A stretch of DNA of 32,000 nt from Candidatus Jordarchaeales archaeon (GCA_038858525.1 JAWCFL010000013.1:8668-40667); one strand, 5' to 3'; shown: positions 1 through 9,521, counted from the first letter of the stretch. Notes: generated from the letters alone by a model not told the origin. Translations and numbers: made by a program.

Positions 1-407
1 CTCCCCGCTAAGGTGATGAATCTTGATGATTCCGCAAGGGGAAGAACTTCTTCCGGCGGTATCTCACCCCGCCAGTAAGCGGAACAGTAAACTTTTTCGT
101 CCCAGTCGGCGAAAAGCATGTTGACATGGGAGTCGAGAAAAGCGATCCCACCAATGTCAGTCCAACCCCTGACTCCGACACCACCCTTCACTACGGGGTA
201 AACATAACTGGACATGACGTGACCGTCACAGTCAAAATACACTATAAGAACATGGTCACCATGGTCAAAGCTTAAAGGGGCAAAGCCAACCGCTTTAAGC
301 TGCTCAATAAACCACCTGAAGGAGTCCCCCTCAGCTGTAACGTCAAACTCGAAGAAGCTACCACACAAAACACACTCGACAATCCCCCTAAACCTCAAAG
401 CACTCAC
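1..407 (-). CDS. Hypothetical protein with N-terminal CxxC and HxxH motifs (partial, runs off the left edge)
   Basis: Not in the ORF track. Manual translation from GTG 407 (or TTG 398) is open to the window edge: VSALRFRGIVECVLCGSFFEFDV...FDHGDHVLIVYFDCDGHVMSSYVYP... A G-rich RBS and GAAAA-TTATGTAA (433-445) lie upstream. Confidence 0.7.
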   Translation of the reverse strand, partial: MSALRFRGIVECVLCGSFFEFDVTAEGDSFRWFIEQLKAVGFAPLSFDHGDHVLIVYFDCDGHVMSSYVYPVVKGGVGVRGWTDIGGIAFLDSHVNMLFADWDEKVYCSAYWRGEIPPEEVLPLAESSRFITLAG

Positions 408-616
408 ACCCCCACCAAAGAAAACTATAATCTTACATAATTTTCCTCGTTCATATTTTTTTATATTTCGTTTATTTACACCACTATTTTTGTGGAAAAA
501 TATCGAGGTAGCTATGGAAAAATTCCCGAACAAAAACACCATTCATACTCATAACGACAAAAAACCAACGCGCCGAAAACAAAAAATGGAAAGTGAAATG
601 GGAATGAAGCACAGTG

Positions 617-3600
617 CTAGTTTTGTTCTCCTCCAGTACTCTCTCCGCTCTTCCCTTCTACCTCACCCTCTCCACCGCCTTCCTCAGGTTTCCCAGCTTG
701 CTCTTCTTCCTTCGGCTCCTCCTCCGCTACTTCCCTAGTTTTTCTCCTCTTCCTCGTCCTTTTTTCTGGTTGTTTTTGTTCTTCTTCTTTTTCTAGTTCT
801 TGGAGTATTGCCGCTGATATGTCTGGTGGAACCCCTAGGGTTTCGAGGAGTTTTTCTCTTTCGGCAGGAGAGGTTGCTCTCAGCTCGGCCAGTATCACCT
901 GAGCCTCGCTCTCGCTCTTGCCTATCTCGACCAGCAACGGGACAAGCTTGTCCGCCACCTCTGGCGGCACATAAACAGCTGGCCTAGGCTCAACACCTAT
1001 AAGCGACAACTCCGCTCCAAGTACGGCTGTCATGACGCTTTCCCTCGACGTTGGCTTGCCAACCTCGACTGGCAACCCCTTGCTTATCCTGTCGATCAAG
1101 TAGTCTATCCTTCTAATTATTGGAGGTATTCTAGCCCTCTGCAGGTAAACGTAGGAGGCGAATGCTGAGGATGGCACAAGCACGCTTGCAAGCAACGCCA
1201 AGAAGACCCGGTACGGCAGGTTCACTAGTGGTATGGTCCACTCCTTCACGTTAAGCAGAACAACCGTCGACGTGGACTGGTAGTATGCTTTCTCGGCTTT
1301 GACTGATACTGGCAGCGCGACGTCGGAAAGCCCTGAAACAGGGACTAGTGTGAAGTAGACGCCAGGAGAAACCTCCCATACTGGTAAGCCGAGGATCGTA
1401 ACGTTTGCCCCCGTCACCGGCCTCCCAGAGTCGTCCTTAAGCATGAAAACTAAAGGCACGAAGGGAACGTTGCTCTCAACCATGACGTATGGCCCAATAA
1501 TGAACTTACTTGACAGAGGCAGCATAACCGGCGTAAGAGTGACAGGGATCTCTGAGATGGAGAGAGGCAGCATGATCCTCTGTTCTTGGTAGTTCTGCTT
1601 AAAGGCGGTTACAGTAAAGACATAGGATCCGGGCTCTATGGGCCCTAAAGGTAGCTCGCTGAGGTTTAGAGTGGCCACGTAAACCCCTCCGCCTTCCTCA
1701 ATCATCGCTCCCGAGTACTCTGTTCCGATGATGGACCAAGTGACTATAGCGTCAGTGATGGGGTTGCCATTTGCATCCTTTAGCTCAACGGAGAAAGTTA
1801 AAGTTCTGTTGTAGATCACCGATAACCGTCCGTCCTGGAGGAACTCGGAGGAAAAATTGGCAACCGTCGGGATGGGGTTTATCACTAGCGTAATCTTAAC
1901 CGAGGTAATAGAGTAGTTCTGTGCTGTAGGAGTAACCTCGATAGTATAAACTCCACTACTTAAGTTGCCTATTACATTGGCTGGAATCATGTAGTATCCA
2001 TTCCCGGCATAGTCCATGGTTCCACTATAGGACGTGCCTAGGATCGAGTAACTCGCAACGGCGTTCGCAACAGGCATGTTGCGCCTTGTGTCATTCAAGT
2101 ACACGCTAACGTTGAATGAGGGGGGAGAGCTCCAAGTGACGTTTATGAAGGGCTGGTACTCTACGGTCACCGGCAACTCATTCACCTGCAAGTATACTGT
2201 TATCGGCACAGGGTAGGAGTAGATATCAGTGTCCAGTGGCTTCCCATAAAATCTCACGATGTATGTGTGTCCTCCAATAAGTATCGTAGTGTTTAGCGTA
2301 ACGTACCATTGCCCAATGACAGAAGTATTTTCGGTCATTGTGGTTTGCGGCACAACCAATGTACCATTAGGGTATAATATCGTGTAGTTGATCCATGAGG
2401 CATTTATGCCTATGTTTGGTCCAACCCACTCCATCCACACAGAGAAGTTTACCTCGTCACTCCAGTATACGGTGAAGAAGCTGCCGCCCTCGCACCTAAG
2501 TTGAGTTTGCCTCACGAATATCGAGCGGTCAAGCTCTACGCGTATGTCCGCCGGCCCATTTAGAGCGAGAGGCTGGCTGAGCACGCTACCATCACTCATA
2601 TTGTAGAGTATAATTTGCTCGTTCGGGTAAGCTTGCGTTGAAACGTTCACATAGAAGCTCGCGCCAGCCTTAACGTAAAGGCAAATATTAGCATAGTACA
2701 GGTCAACCGACTGGTTAACGATGTTCTGTGGGGAACCAGACGTGTAGTTTATCGTCACGTTGGCATTCTGGACGCGGCTACCCAGCTTATCGTAAACTTC
2801 AATGTAAAGCCTCGTAGCGTTAAGCACTATAGTCACCGACGACGAGTTCACCCCCGGCGTCCACTTTCCCGTCTGATTTACGTACTGGTCTCCGGGTGGA
2901 AGGTATGGTAAGGATAGGTTAGCTTGCAGGTAGTAGCCTCCTCCACTGTAGTAGAGGTGGAATGTGCACTTTCCATTCTCGTCTGTCAACTTGGACACAT
3001 TAAGTTGAGTGTAGTCTCCATCGTTGAATACGCTGACGTTAGCGTTTGGTATTGGGGCTCCTGACGGGTCTGTCACTGTTACTTCCAGCTTGTAGAAGAC
3101 GTCTTCAGGTGTCCCCGCGCTCACCGTGAGGTTTGCCTTCATGCCCTCAGCGAACGCCTGGAAAGGAGCATACCCTTGGGATCCGTTCCAAATGTATACT
3201 GCAAACTTCTCGTAGATCCACCCGCCAGCACTAAAGTCAACCACACCCCAGTATCTATCCCAGAACTCGTAGTAAGAGGTTACCCGCCAGAACACGCGGT
3301 AGTACCAGTATCCCTGCCTAACATTAGCACCGCTCACCTGTGGGGAGACAAGGTCGAATGTGCCAGCTGCCTCACGGTCACTCTGGTCCCACAGGCAGAA
3401 CCACAGAATATTACTGTACAAGTTTACCTGCTGATTGCTACTGCCGAAAGTAATGGTGGTTGGTGTTCCGTACTGGTACTTGTACGTTAGGTTTGGCATT
3501 ATCCCGGGGTTGAAGACCCACTCGTTGTTTCTGTAATCTCTCCCGCTTGCTGGGCTGTTGAACGTGGAGTTTGTTTCGCATATCCATCCCCACTTGAAGA

Positions 3601-4411
3601 ATCTATAGGTGATGTTGCAGTAAGCGTCATAGTCTCCGAGCTTGGCTCGCGTGGTGTAAGTTATGAATAGCGGCCCTGACTCGACAACTTGATGAGCCAA
3701 GGGAGCATATCTAGACGTGGTTCCGGTGCTGTAGTCGTAGTCTGGGTTCCAGTGGAAGCCCCAGTTCCCCAGGGGGTCGTTTATTGTTCTGCTCGTCCAG
3801 TATGTTCCGGATATCTTGTTGTAGCAGGCCTCTATTTTGCCGCCTCTTGCCGTGGTTGAGCAGTTGGCCCTGTAAATGCTGCTCTCGAAAGTGTAGTGTG
3901 TCCCGTTGAAGCTCCACCACACCTCGTTCGTGTATGTTTCGACTCCACTATCCGTGTCGTTGTAGTAGACGTAGTAGGTTTTCGTGGAACTAGCGGTGAG
4001 GTTGATGTAGAAGGTTAGGGTGAGAGACTTGTAGTAGCTTGTCCCATCCCAATACGTCTCATTCCATACTTGGCATGGCACTGTCAGCCAGTCGCTTCCG
4101 TCGTAGTACCGCACTCTTATGCTGTTGTTGTAGCATGTTCCGCTGCTAAAGGTGAGGTAGACGTCTACGGGCTGATCTACGTGGTCTACGTTTGACGTGT
4201 CTGTGAAGTTGACTTGGAGCCTATACCTGAAGGAGTGATTCCACCATGGCGGGTAGAACTGCTTAGGGTCAGCAGGTTGCTCGCCGCTGTTCATTGGAGG
4301 GGGGAGAGGAATTGTCGGCTGAGGGAGCGCGGGCGCTACTGCTAGTATTAACGGTAGTATTATTGCCGCCGCTAGCAGGGCGCTTAAAAGCCGCTTAGAA
4401 CGAACAGGCAT
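617..4411 (-). CDS. Large single-pass cell-surface glycoprotein (S-layer/adhesin-like) with DUF2341-like N-domain, Ig-like repeats, TM helix and ~175-aa cytoplasmic tail
   Basis: 1264-aa ORF. Signal peptide (MPVRSKRLLSALLAAAIILPL); WWNHSFRYRLQV...DQPVDV is DUF2341-like; five repeats of the form V/L-x-D-xxG-x-P-[IV]-x-[NG]A-x-V; about 39 N-X-S/T sequons counted by eye, all before the TM segment VFLALLASVLVPSSAFASYVYL; charged tail. Confidence 0.88.
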   Translation of the reverse strand: MPVRSKRLLSALLAAAIILPLILAVAPALPQPTIPLPPPMNSGEQPADPKQFYPPWWNHSFRYRLQVNFTDTSNVDHVDQPVDVYLTFSSGTCYNNSIRVRYYDGSDWLTVPCQVWNETYWDGTSYYKSLTLTFYINLTASSTKTYYVYYNDTDSGVETYTNEVWWSFNGTHYTFESSIYRANCSTTARGGKIEACYNKISGTYWTSRTINDPLGNWGFHWNPDYDYSTGTTSRYAPLAHQVVESGPLFITYTTRAKLGDYDAYCNITYRFFKWGWICETNSTFNSPASGRDYRNNEWVFNPGIMPNLTYKYQYGTPTTITFGSSNQQVNLYSNILWFCLWDQSDREAAGTFDLVSPQVSGANVRQGYWYYRVFWRVTSYYEFWDRYWGVVDFSAGGWIYEKFAVYIWNGSQGYAPFQAFAEGMKANLTVSAGTPEDVFYKLEVTVTDPSGAPIPNANVSVFNDGDYTQLNVSKLTDENGKCTFHLYYSGGGYYLQANLSLPYLPPGDQYVNQTGKWTPGVNSSSVTIVLNATRLYIEVYDKLGSRVQNANVTINYTSGSPQNIVNQSVDLYYANICLYVKAGASFYVNVSTQAYPNEQIILYNMSDGSVLSQPLALNGPADIRVELDRSIFVRQTQLRCEGGSFFTVYWSDEVNFSVWMEWVGPNIGINASWINYTILYPNGTLVVPQTTMTENTSVIGQWYVTLNTTILIGGHTYIVRFYGKPLDTDIYSYPVPITVYLQVNELPVTVEYQPFINVTWSSPPSFNVSVYLNDTRRNMPVANAVASYSILGTSYSGTMDYAGNGYYMIPANVIGNLSSGVYTIEVTPTAQNYSITSVKITLVINPIPTVANFSSEFLQDGRLSVIYNRTLTFSVELKDANGNPITDAIVTWSIIGTEYSGAMIEEGGGVYVATLNLSELPLGPIEPGSYVFTVTAFKQNYQEQRIMLPLSISEIPVTLTPVMLPLSSKFIIGPYVMVESNVPFVPLVFMLKDDSGRPVTGANVTILGLPVWEVSPGVYFTLVPVSGLSDVALPVSVKAEKAYYQSTSTVVLLNVKEWTIPLVNLPYRVFLALLASVLVPSSAFASYVYLQRARIPPIIRRIDYLIDRISKGLPVEVGKPTSRESVMTAVLGAELSLIGVEPRPAVYVPPEVADKLVPLLVEIGKSESEAQVILAELRATSPAEREKLLETLGVPPDISAAILQELEKEEEQKQPEKRTRKRRKTREVAEEEPKEEEQAGKPEEGGGEGEVEGKSGESTGGEQN

Positions 4412-4684
4412 TCACTCACAACTCCCTTAAATTTCCAGATTCTTTAAAAAAAATTGGAGAAAGTACCTGTTTATTAATTTTTTCGCAAAAAGGTAACTAA
4501 AAAAAGTATTTTTTTATATTTTTAGTTAAATTATAATCATTGTTAAAGTTAACTTTTTGGATGGGGGAACAAATGGTTTTGTACTGCTTCGTAAATTTTT
4601 CACGTAGTTGAAAAAAGAGCGTGTTTCGCTACCTTTTTACTTAGGAATTTTCGATAAGTAGTGTTCTCATCATTCCCCCGGGTT

Positions 4685-5115
4685 TAGCGCGTGGATCTTG
4701 AAAACGTCTCCTATCCTTCTTTCGACTCCAACCTTGAATCCTTAGCTTTCCTCTCTTTGAGGCTTCCAGTTGCAATTATGATGCCTAAGTCTAAGCGGTT
4801 GAGTGATGTTCCTTCTAACTGCCGAAACTACATGCTACTGCTCAACTAAAGTGTTTCATGGGAAATTTTTCTACTTTTCGTACTTCAAGCAGTTTTTGAA
4901 GCATCTTCGAGGTGATTCATGACGTCAATTGCTTAAATTTCTCCTTAAACTTTTTCAATGTGGTGGGCTTTTTTCTAGTTTCCTTTAAGTTTCTCGTAAG
5001 GCGTCTCGCGAGGATGTAGGATGTATGCGTCCTCTAGTTTTCATGGGAGGGAAGGTCTCAGTGTTCCTGAATAGGTTTGAAAGAGATGCGTGAGCTCTTC
5101 GACAGGGGGGATGAT
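4685..5115 (-). pseudogene. Probable decayed ORF of unknown identity
   Basis: Protein-like fragments broken by stops and frameshifts on the purine-rich minus strand, e.g. IIPPVEELTHLFQTYSGTLRPSLP*KLEDAYILHPRETPYEKLKGN*, HTSYILARRLTRNLKETRKKPTTLKKFKEKFKQLTS*, FRQLEGTSLNRLDLGIIIATGSLKERK. Confidence 0.25.
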
Positions 5116-5512
5116 TTATCCACCTTTTTCATGTTGAACAATATTTGATTTTTACTTGAAGTGTGTTTTAGCAAAGAAGCATGGATCACAGGGAACATGC
5201 AAGATTTCCATGTTATTCTTGGAGCATGCACAAGGTGATGCTTTCCAAGCGTTCTTTAACGACAACTAAATAATACTTTTCTCTTTAATGCGAGGAACAC
5301 CAAGACACCTTCATGGAAGCAGTTACTCTTTACTGAGTATTTTCAGCGCAAAGCTACTTAGAGGGGGAGGTGGCGGACGGATTGCAACGCGAGGCCACTC
5401 ATCTATCTGTAGTTTTTCGCTACGATTAATGAATGTTCCTCAATTTAGAATGATAAGAAGGTGGTGGGGAGAGGTGGTGAGTGTTCGGCGTGGGTGATGG
5501 GTGAGGTGGAGG

Positions 5513-6352
5513 TTAGCGGTATCTGAAGTTGCTTCTTAATGGTGATTCATGTCGTCTTCCTTTTTCGGGTTGTCCTCGGAATATTATTATGTCACTGATT
5601 GCTGGGAGTTTTCTGGCTATGAGGTCTAGTGTGTTGAGCATGATGTATGACATTCTTTTTGGAAGCTTGTCGAGTAGCTTCCCCCAGTGTGGAAGGCTCC
5701 AGAAGAGTGATAAGCCCTCTATGTGGTTGGCTCTTAGTGCGCCTTGCGTGTATGCTTTAAGGGTTTTGTAGTCGACTCTTAAAGTGTGGTCTTCAGGCAT
5801 GTCCCAGGGTCTTCTTTCCCCTTTCCTTAGTCCTGAAAGGCCGGCTGCGTCTATTAGTCTTGCGAGCTTGAAGCCTAGACTTTCCATGTTTGCGACGGAT
5901 ATGACTGCTTTCCCGTTTGGTTTGAGGACGCGGGCGAACTCGAGTATTGAGCGACGTGGATAGTGGAAGTGGTCTAGGGCGCCCTTGCATATGAGGGCGT
6001 CGAGGGCGTTATCTCTGAATGGCAGGCACTCGCTGGCTCCCTGAACTATGTCTGCTTCAACGCCGCAGCCCGCCACGTAGCGCTTAGCCTTCCTCACCAT
6101 TATTTTTGAGACGTCTACTCCAACCACTCTGACGCCTTGCTTCGCCATAGAGACTACTTCTATGCCTAGCCCGCATGCAACGTCAAGCGCCACATCTCTG
6201 GGCGAGGGAGAGAGAGCCCTTATGGTTCTAGGTCCCATCATTCTGAATACGAAGTCCGAGTCAGCATTGTACTCCGGGGGGATCGCTCCCTCGTCACACC
6301 ACTCGACAACCTGCTTCCTCTCGAACGTGCTCTTCAACGTGAACCCGCCCAA
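5513..6352 (-). CDS. Class I SAM-dependent methyltransferase (Methyltransf_11/UbiE-like)
   Basis: Motif I ALDVACGLG, post-I VVGVDVS, LPFRDNALD, FARVLKPNG. TTG start. Confidence 0.9.
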   Translation of the reverse strand: MGGFTLKSTFERKQVVEWCDEGAIPPEYNADSDFVFRMMGPRTIRALSPSPRDVALDVACGLGIEVVSMAKQGVRVVGVDVSKIMVRKAKRYVAGCGVEADIVQGASECLPFRDNALDALICKGALDHFHYPRRSILEFARVLKPNGKAVISVANMESLGFKLARLIDAAGLSGLRKGERRPWDMPEDHTLRVDYKTLKAYTQGALRANHIEGLSLFWSLPHWGKLLDKLPKRMSYIMLNTLDLIARKLPAISDIIIFRGQPEKGRRHESPLRSNFRYR

Positions 6353-6413
6353 ATGATGCTACGGAGCGATAAGGGAAAACTGGCATATACTTTTTTCCGT
6401 GGCCGACGTCTGG

Positions 6414-7139
6414 TTAAGGCTTCCTGAATACTGCGGTTACGTTCATTCCCAGGTATGATGAGAGGGGGGACTCTTCTATTTTGGCCCAGTTCCTCTCGGA
6501 CAGCTTCAGTAGTCCTTTAGGTATGGGGAGCCAGCTGTGGAGTTCTCGAAGGCGGGTTGCCGAGATAGGCCACGAACCCCACCCGGTTATTTTTACAAGT
6601 TTCAGGTTGTAACGTTTAGTTATCATTTTCATGTCGAAGGGGCTGTAGCTTCGCTCCCACCCCATGGGCCAGCAACCTATGGCGACTAGGAAGGACTTGT
6701 AGATATGGTATAGAGAGTATTTTTGAGGGGCGTCGAGTATTATGAATCCTCCACGCTTAGTGACGCGGATCTTTTCGCGTATCAGCCTGTCTGGGTTCTT
6801 GAAGTGCTCTATTAGTCCCTGAGAGAATACCAGGTCAAAGGACTCGTCCCTGAATGGAAGCGTTTCCCCGTCCGCCTGCTGAACGTTCACCGTGCTCCAC
6901 TTGGACACTATGATGCTGGAGGTTGCATAATCCACGGCGCACACGTGAGCGCCAAGCTTTGCGAGGAATCCGCTGTCAACCCCGCTTCCTGCTCCAACCT
7001 CCAGCACCCGTACCCCCTTCAGGTTGCGGTTGAAGAGGGAGACTATCTGTCTCAGAATGTGGGTGTGTGGCTTATCATTTGGCTTGGCTAGTAGAAAGAA
7101 GAAGGCCCAATAGTCCTTGAGGCGACGCCTGTAGCTTAG
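6414..7139 (-). CDS. Class I SAM-dependent methyltransferase; start codon unresolved
   Basis: Motif I VLEVGAGSG, LPFRDESFDLVFSQGLIEHF, RVTKRGG. The ORF-track start (GTG 7007) sits inside motif I. The frame continues upstream with no ATG/GTG/TTG (LSYRRRLKDYWAFFF...NLKGVRV). Start placed tentatively at CTA 7139-7137, overlapping the upstream stop. Confidence 0.8.
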   Translation of the reverse strand, partial: LSYRRRLKDYWAFFFLLAKPNDKPHTHILRQIVSLFNRNLKGVRVLEVGAGSGVDSGFLAKLGAHVCAVDYATSSIIVSKWSTVNVQQADGETLPFRDESFDLVFSQGLIEHFKNPDRLIREKIRVTKRGGFIILDAPQKYSLYHIYKSFLVAIGCWPMGWERSYSPFDMKMITKRYNLKLVKITGWGSWPISATRLRELHSWLPIPKGLLKLSERNWAKIEESPLSSYLGMNVTAVFRKP

Positions 7140-8755
7140 CTGCGCTGGCTCTTCTGCGCCTTGACTTGTGGAGCGTATTTTTTCCTTAGCTCCTCGTTGG
7201 TCGTCCAGCTCCAGACTGCCACCCCATCCTCCACTCTGTAGCCTAGCAGTCCCCTCTCCATGTAGTACTTTATGAATGATTGTACGAGTTCTGGCGGGAA
7301 CTTTCCTTCTAGCCGGGCGACCTCAAAGAGCCTTTCGGTCAACCGGAGGACTGGATCGGCTCCGTCGTATGGCACTCTGCCGTGCTGCTCTATTACGTCC
7401 CATTTAAGTAGGTGCCATGCGAGTCTCTGCCTGCGCCTGACGTTAAGCGACTCCACTTCCTCTGGTGGTAGGAGTCCTTGGTCTGCCATCTTGAACTTTC
7501 TCCCCAACTCCCGCATTATCGCCCTGTTGAAGTCTCCAACCACCCTGTTCAGGTATTCCGCGCTCACGGCGTGCGTGTGCGCAACAGCCCTGTTAGCGTC
7601 ATACTTAGACCAGTCGTCCGTCAGTATGACTATTCCGAGCTCGTTGGCTCTCTCCCTTACTTCTGACCCGGGGAATGGTGCTAGAATGTGGAAGCCGTAG
7701 AACGGGCCTAGCTCCTCCGCGAACTTCATCGTTTGCTGTATGGTCTCCTTGGTCTCACCTGGCAATCCCAGTATGAATGAGGAGAGGACTCCTATGCCGA
7801 GCTCCTTCGTCATTTTAACCGCTTCCCTGATCTCCTCCAAGGTTATCCTCTTCTTGCACGTGTCAAGAATCTCCTGGTTTCCGCTTTCCGTGCCGAACAT
7901 TATAAAGTGGCATCCCGCCTCCTTCATCTTCTCTAGAAGTTCCCTAGTCACCGTGTCAACCCTAGCATTGGCGCACCACTTGAACTTGAGCCCCCTGCTG
8001 ATTATCTCGTCACATATAGCGAAGGCATGTTTGTGGTTTAGTGTGAACGTGTCGTCTTCAAATATCACCTCGTCAAACCCGTATCCCAGGACTTCCTCGA
8101 CTTCGTCCACGACGAGCTTCGGGTTCCTTAGCCTAACCCTCCTCCCCATCATCTTTGAGCCAACACAAAATATGCACCTGTGAGGGCAACCCCTCCCCGT
8201 TATGAGGCTACACCCTGAGTGATAAGCCATGTACTTTGAGAGGGGGAGGAGGTGGCGTGCTGGGAAGGGGAGCTCGTCGAGGTTCTCTATGAGTTTCCTG
8301 TCTCTGTTCCGGACTATCTCGCCGTCCTCCCTGTAGGTTATCCCATCAATGTCCTTGAAATCTTTCCCCTTAACTATGTCCAAGGTGGTGTATTCGCCTT
8401 CCCCCCTAACCACCACGTCTATCCACGGAGCCTCCTCGAGCGTCCGGACGTCGCTGAAAGTTACGTGAGGACCTCCGGCTACCGTTAAAATGTCCTCGTC
8501 CACCTTCTTCACGAGCCGGAGTATCTTTGACGCGGCAGGAAAGCTCATGGTAACAGAGTTGGCACCAACGACGTCCGGCTTGTAATCCTCAACCTTCCTG
8601 ATGACCTTCTCGTCCGAGTACTTTGAAACAAGGAGGTCGAGCACCTCAACTTCGAAACCGTTTTTCTCCAAGACAGCTGCAATATAAGTTAAACCTAGAG
8701 GAATCGTGGGGCACTCAGAAAACATGTAAGGCGTGTTTATCAGAAGAGTTCTCAT
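7136..8755 (-). CDS. Cobalamin (B12)-binding radical SAM protein (class B)
   Basis: N-terminal B12-binding domain (PLGLTYIAAVL, VAGGPHVT), SRGC-type motif ITGRGCPHRCIFC (CxxxCxxC), FEDDTF, FGTESG, FILGLPGET. Start ATG 8755 has RBS GAGGGTGAGG; the ORF track starts at 8803. Confidence 0.93.
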   Translation of the reverse strand: MRTLLINTPYMFSECPTIPLGLTYIAAVLEKNGFEVEVLDLLVSKYSDEKVIRKVEDYKPDVVGANSVTMSFPAASKILRLVKKVDEDILTVAGGPHVTFSDVRTLEEAPWIDVVVRGEGEYTTLDIVKGKDFKDIDGITYREDGEIVRNRDRKLIENLDELPFPARHLLPLSKYMAYHSGCSLITGRGCPHRCIFCVGSKMMGRRVRLRNPKLVVDEVEEVLGYGFDEVIFEDDTFTLNHKHAFAICDEIISRGLKFKWCANARVDTVTRELLEKMKEAGCHFIMFGTESGNQEILDTCKKRITLEEIREAVKMTKELGIGVLSSFILGLPGETKETIQQTMKFAEELGPFYGFHILAPFPGSEVRERANELGIVILTDDWSKYDANRAVAHTHAVSAEYLNRVVGDFNRAIMRELGRKFKMADQGLLPPEEVESLNVRRRQRLAWHLLKWDVIEQHGRVPYDGADPVLRLTERLFEVARLEGKFPPELVQSFIKYYMERGLLGYRVEDGVAVWSWTTNEELRKKYAPQVKAQKSQRS

Positions 8756-8777
8756 GTCCTCACCCTCTTCTAGGGGG

Positions 8778-9521
8778 TTAGACACTTCTATGATTGCATT
8801 CATTTAAAACGTTTGCCGTCGACTTCTCTCTTTTGAGGTAGAATACCACGCTCTTCGGAAAGACGTAATTAAAAAACTTCTCTATTATCCTTATGAGTTT
8901 AACTCTTGGGGAGTATATTAGGAGAAGCCTCCATAGGGCAGGTATGATTGCTTTGTCGTTGTCGAGCCCCGCTAGGCACTTGAGAAGCCAGTATACCGTG
9001 TGGAGGGCGTGCTCGTAGCATATTCTCACCGGGCGTAACCCTCCTTCCCTGAGCTTATCCAGCAACCTATCCTCCTTGTAGATTTTTATGTGTCCTCCGG
9101 GACTTCTAAAGTACTTGGCTGAGAGTCTGCCGTATAGCCTCTCAGACGCCCTCGTAGGGACGCTTACGGCGACACACCCCTTGCCGTCTATGACGCGCGC
9201 CAGTTCACCTATGGCTTCCCTGTCCTCCTTTATGTGCTCCAGTACCTCTGTGCATATGACCTTGGTGAATGAGTTCTCCTTGAATGGCAACCTGCGCACG
9301 TCCCCTCGCACGACCTCAGCGTACGCCTTCAACTCGCCCTTATGGTTCATCAGCCTTACGACGAAGAGAACCTTTAGAAGGTCGATCAACGAGGTGTCTA
9401 AAGCCACCAAGCGGCACGGCATTTTAGCTATTGTTAGGGCGTGCCTTCCGTCGCCGCATCCCGCGTCAAGTATCACGTCTTTTTCTCTTACCCTGAAAAT
9501 GTCAAGGTTTATGGTTAGCAT
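8778..9521 (-). CDS. Class I SAM-dependent methyltransferase
   Basis: ILDAGCGDGRH motif I, LPFKENSF, CTEVLEHI. ATG 9521 has RBS GGAGG and overlaps the end of the upstream GT4. Confidence 0.9.
   Translation of the reverse strand: MLTINLDIFRVREKDVILDAGCGDGRHALTIAKMPCRLVALDTSLIDLLKVLFVVRLMNHKGELKAYAEVVRGDVRRLPFKENSFTKVICTEVLEHIKEDREAIGELARVIDGKGCVAVSVPTRASERLYGRLSAKYFRSPGGHIKIYKEDRLLDKLREGGLRPVRICYEHALHTVYWLLKCLAGLDNDKAIIPALWRLLLIYSPRVKLIRIIEKFFNYVFPKSVVFYLKREKSTANVLNECNHRSV

Noticed and set aside
490-796. Plus-strand ORFs 490-738 and 614-796
   Set aside because: Low-complexity antisense shadows of the charged tail and T-rich terminator region of the surface-protein gene.
4498-4556. Palindromes TAAAAAAA-GTA-TTTTTTTA and AAAGTTAACTTT upstream of the surface-protein gene
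   Set aside because: Expected by chance in a nearly all-A/T stretch, and not repeated elsewhere in the window.
5288-5497. 69-aa plus-strand ORF and GGT/GGA-rich stretch
   Set aside because: No recognisable motif, and the G-rich run has no regular repeat unit, so it is not a CRISPR or tandem array.
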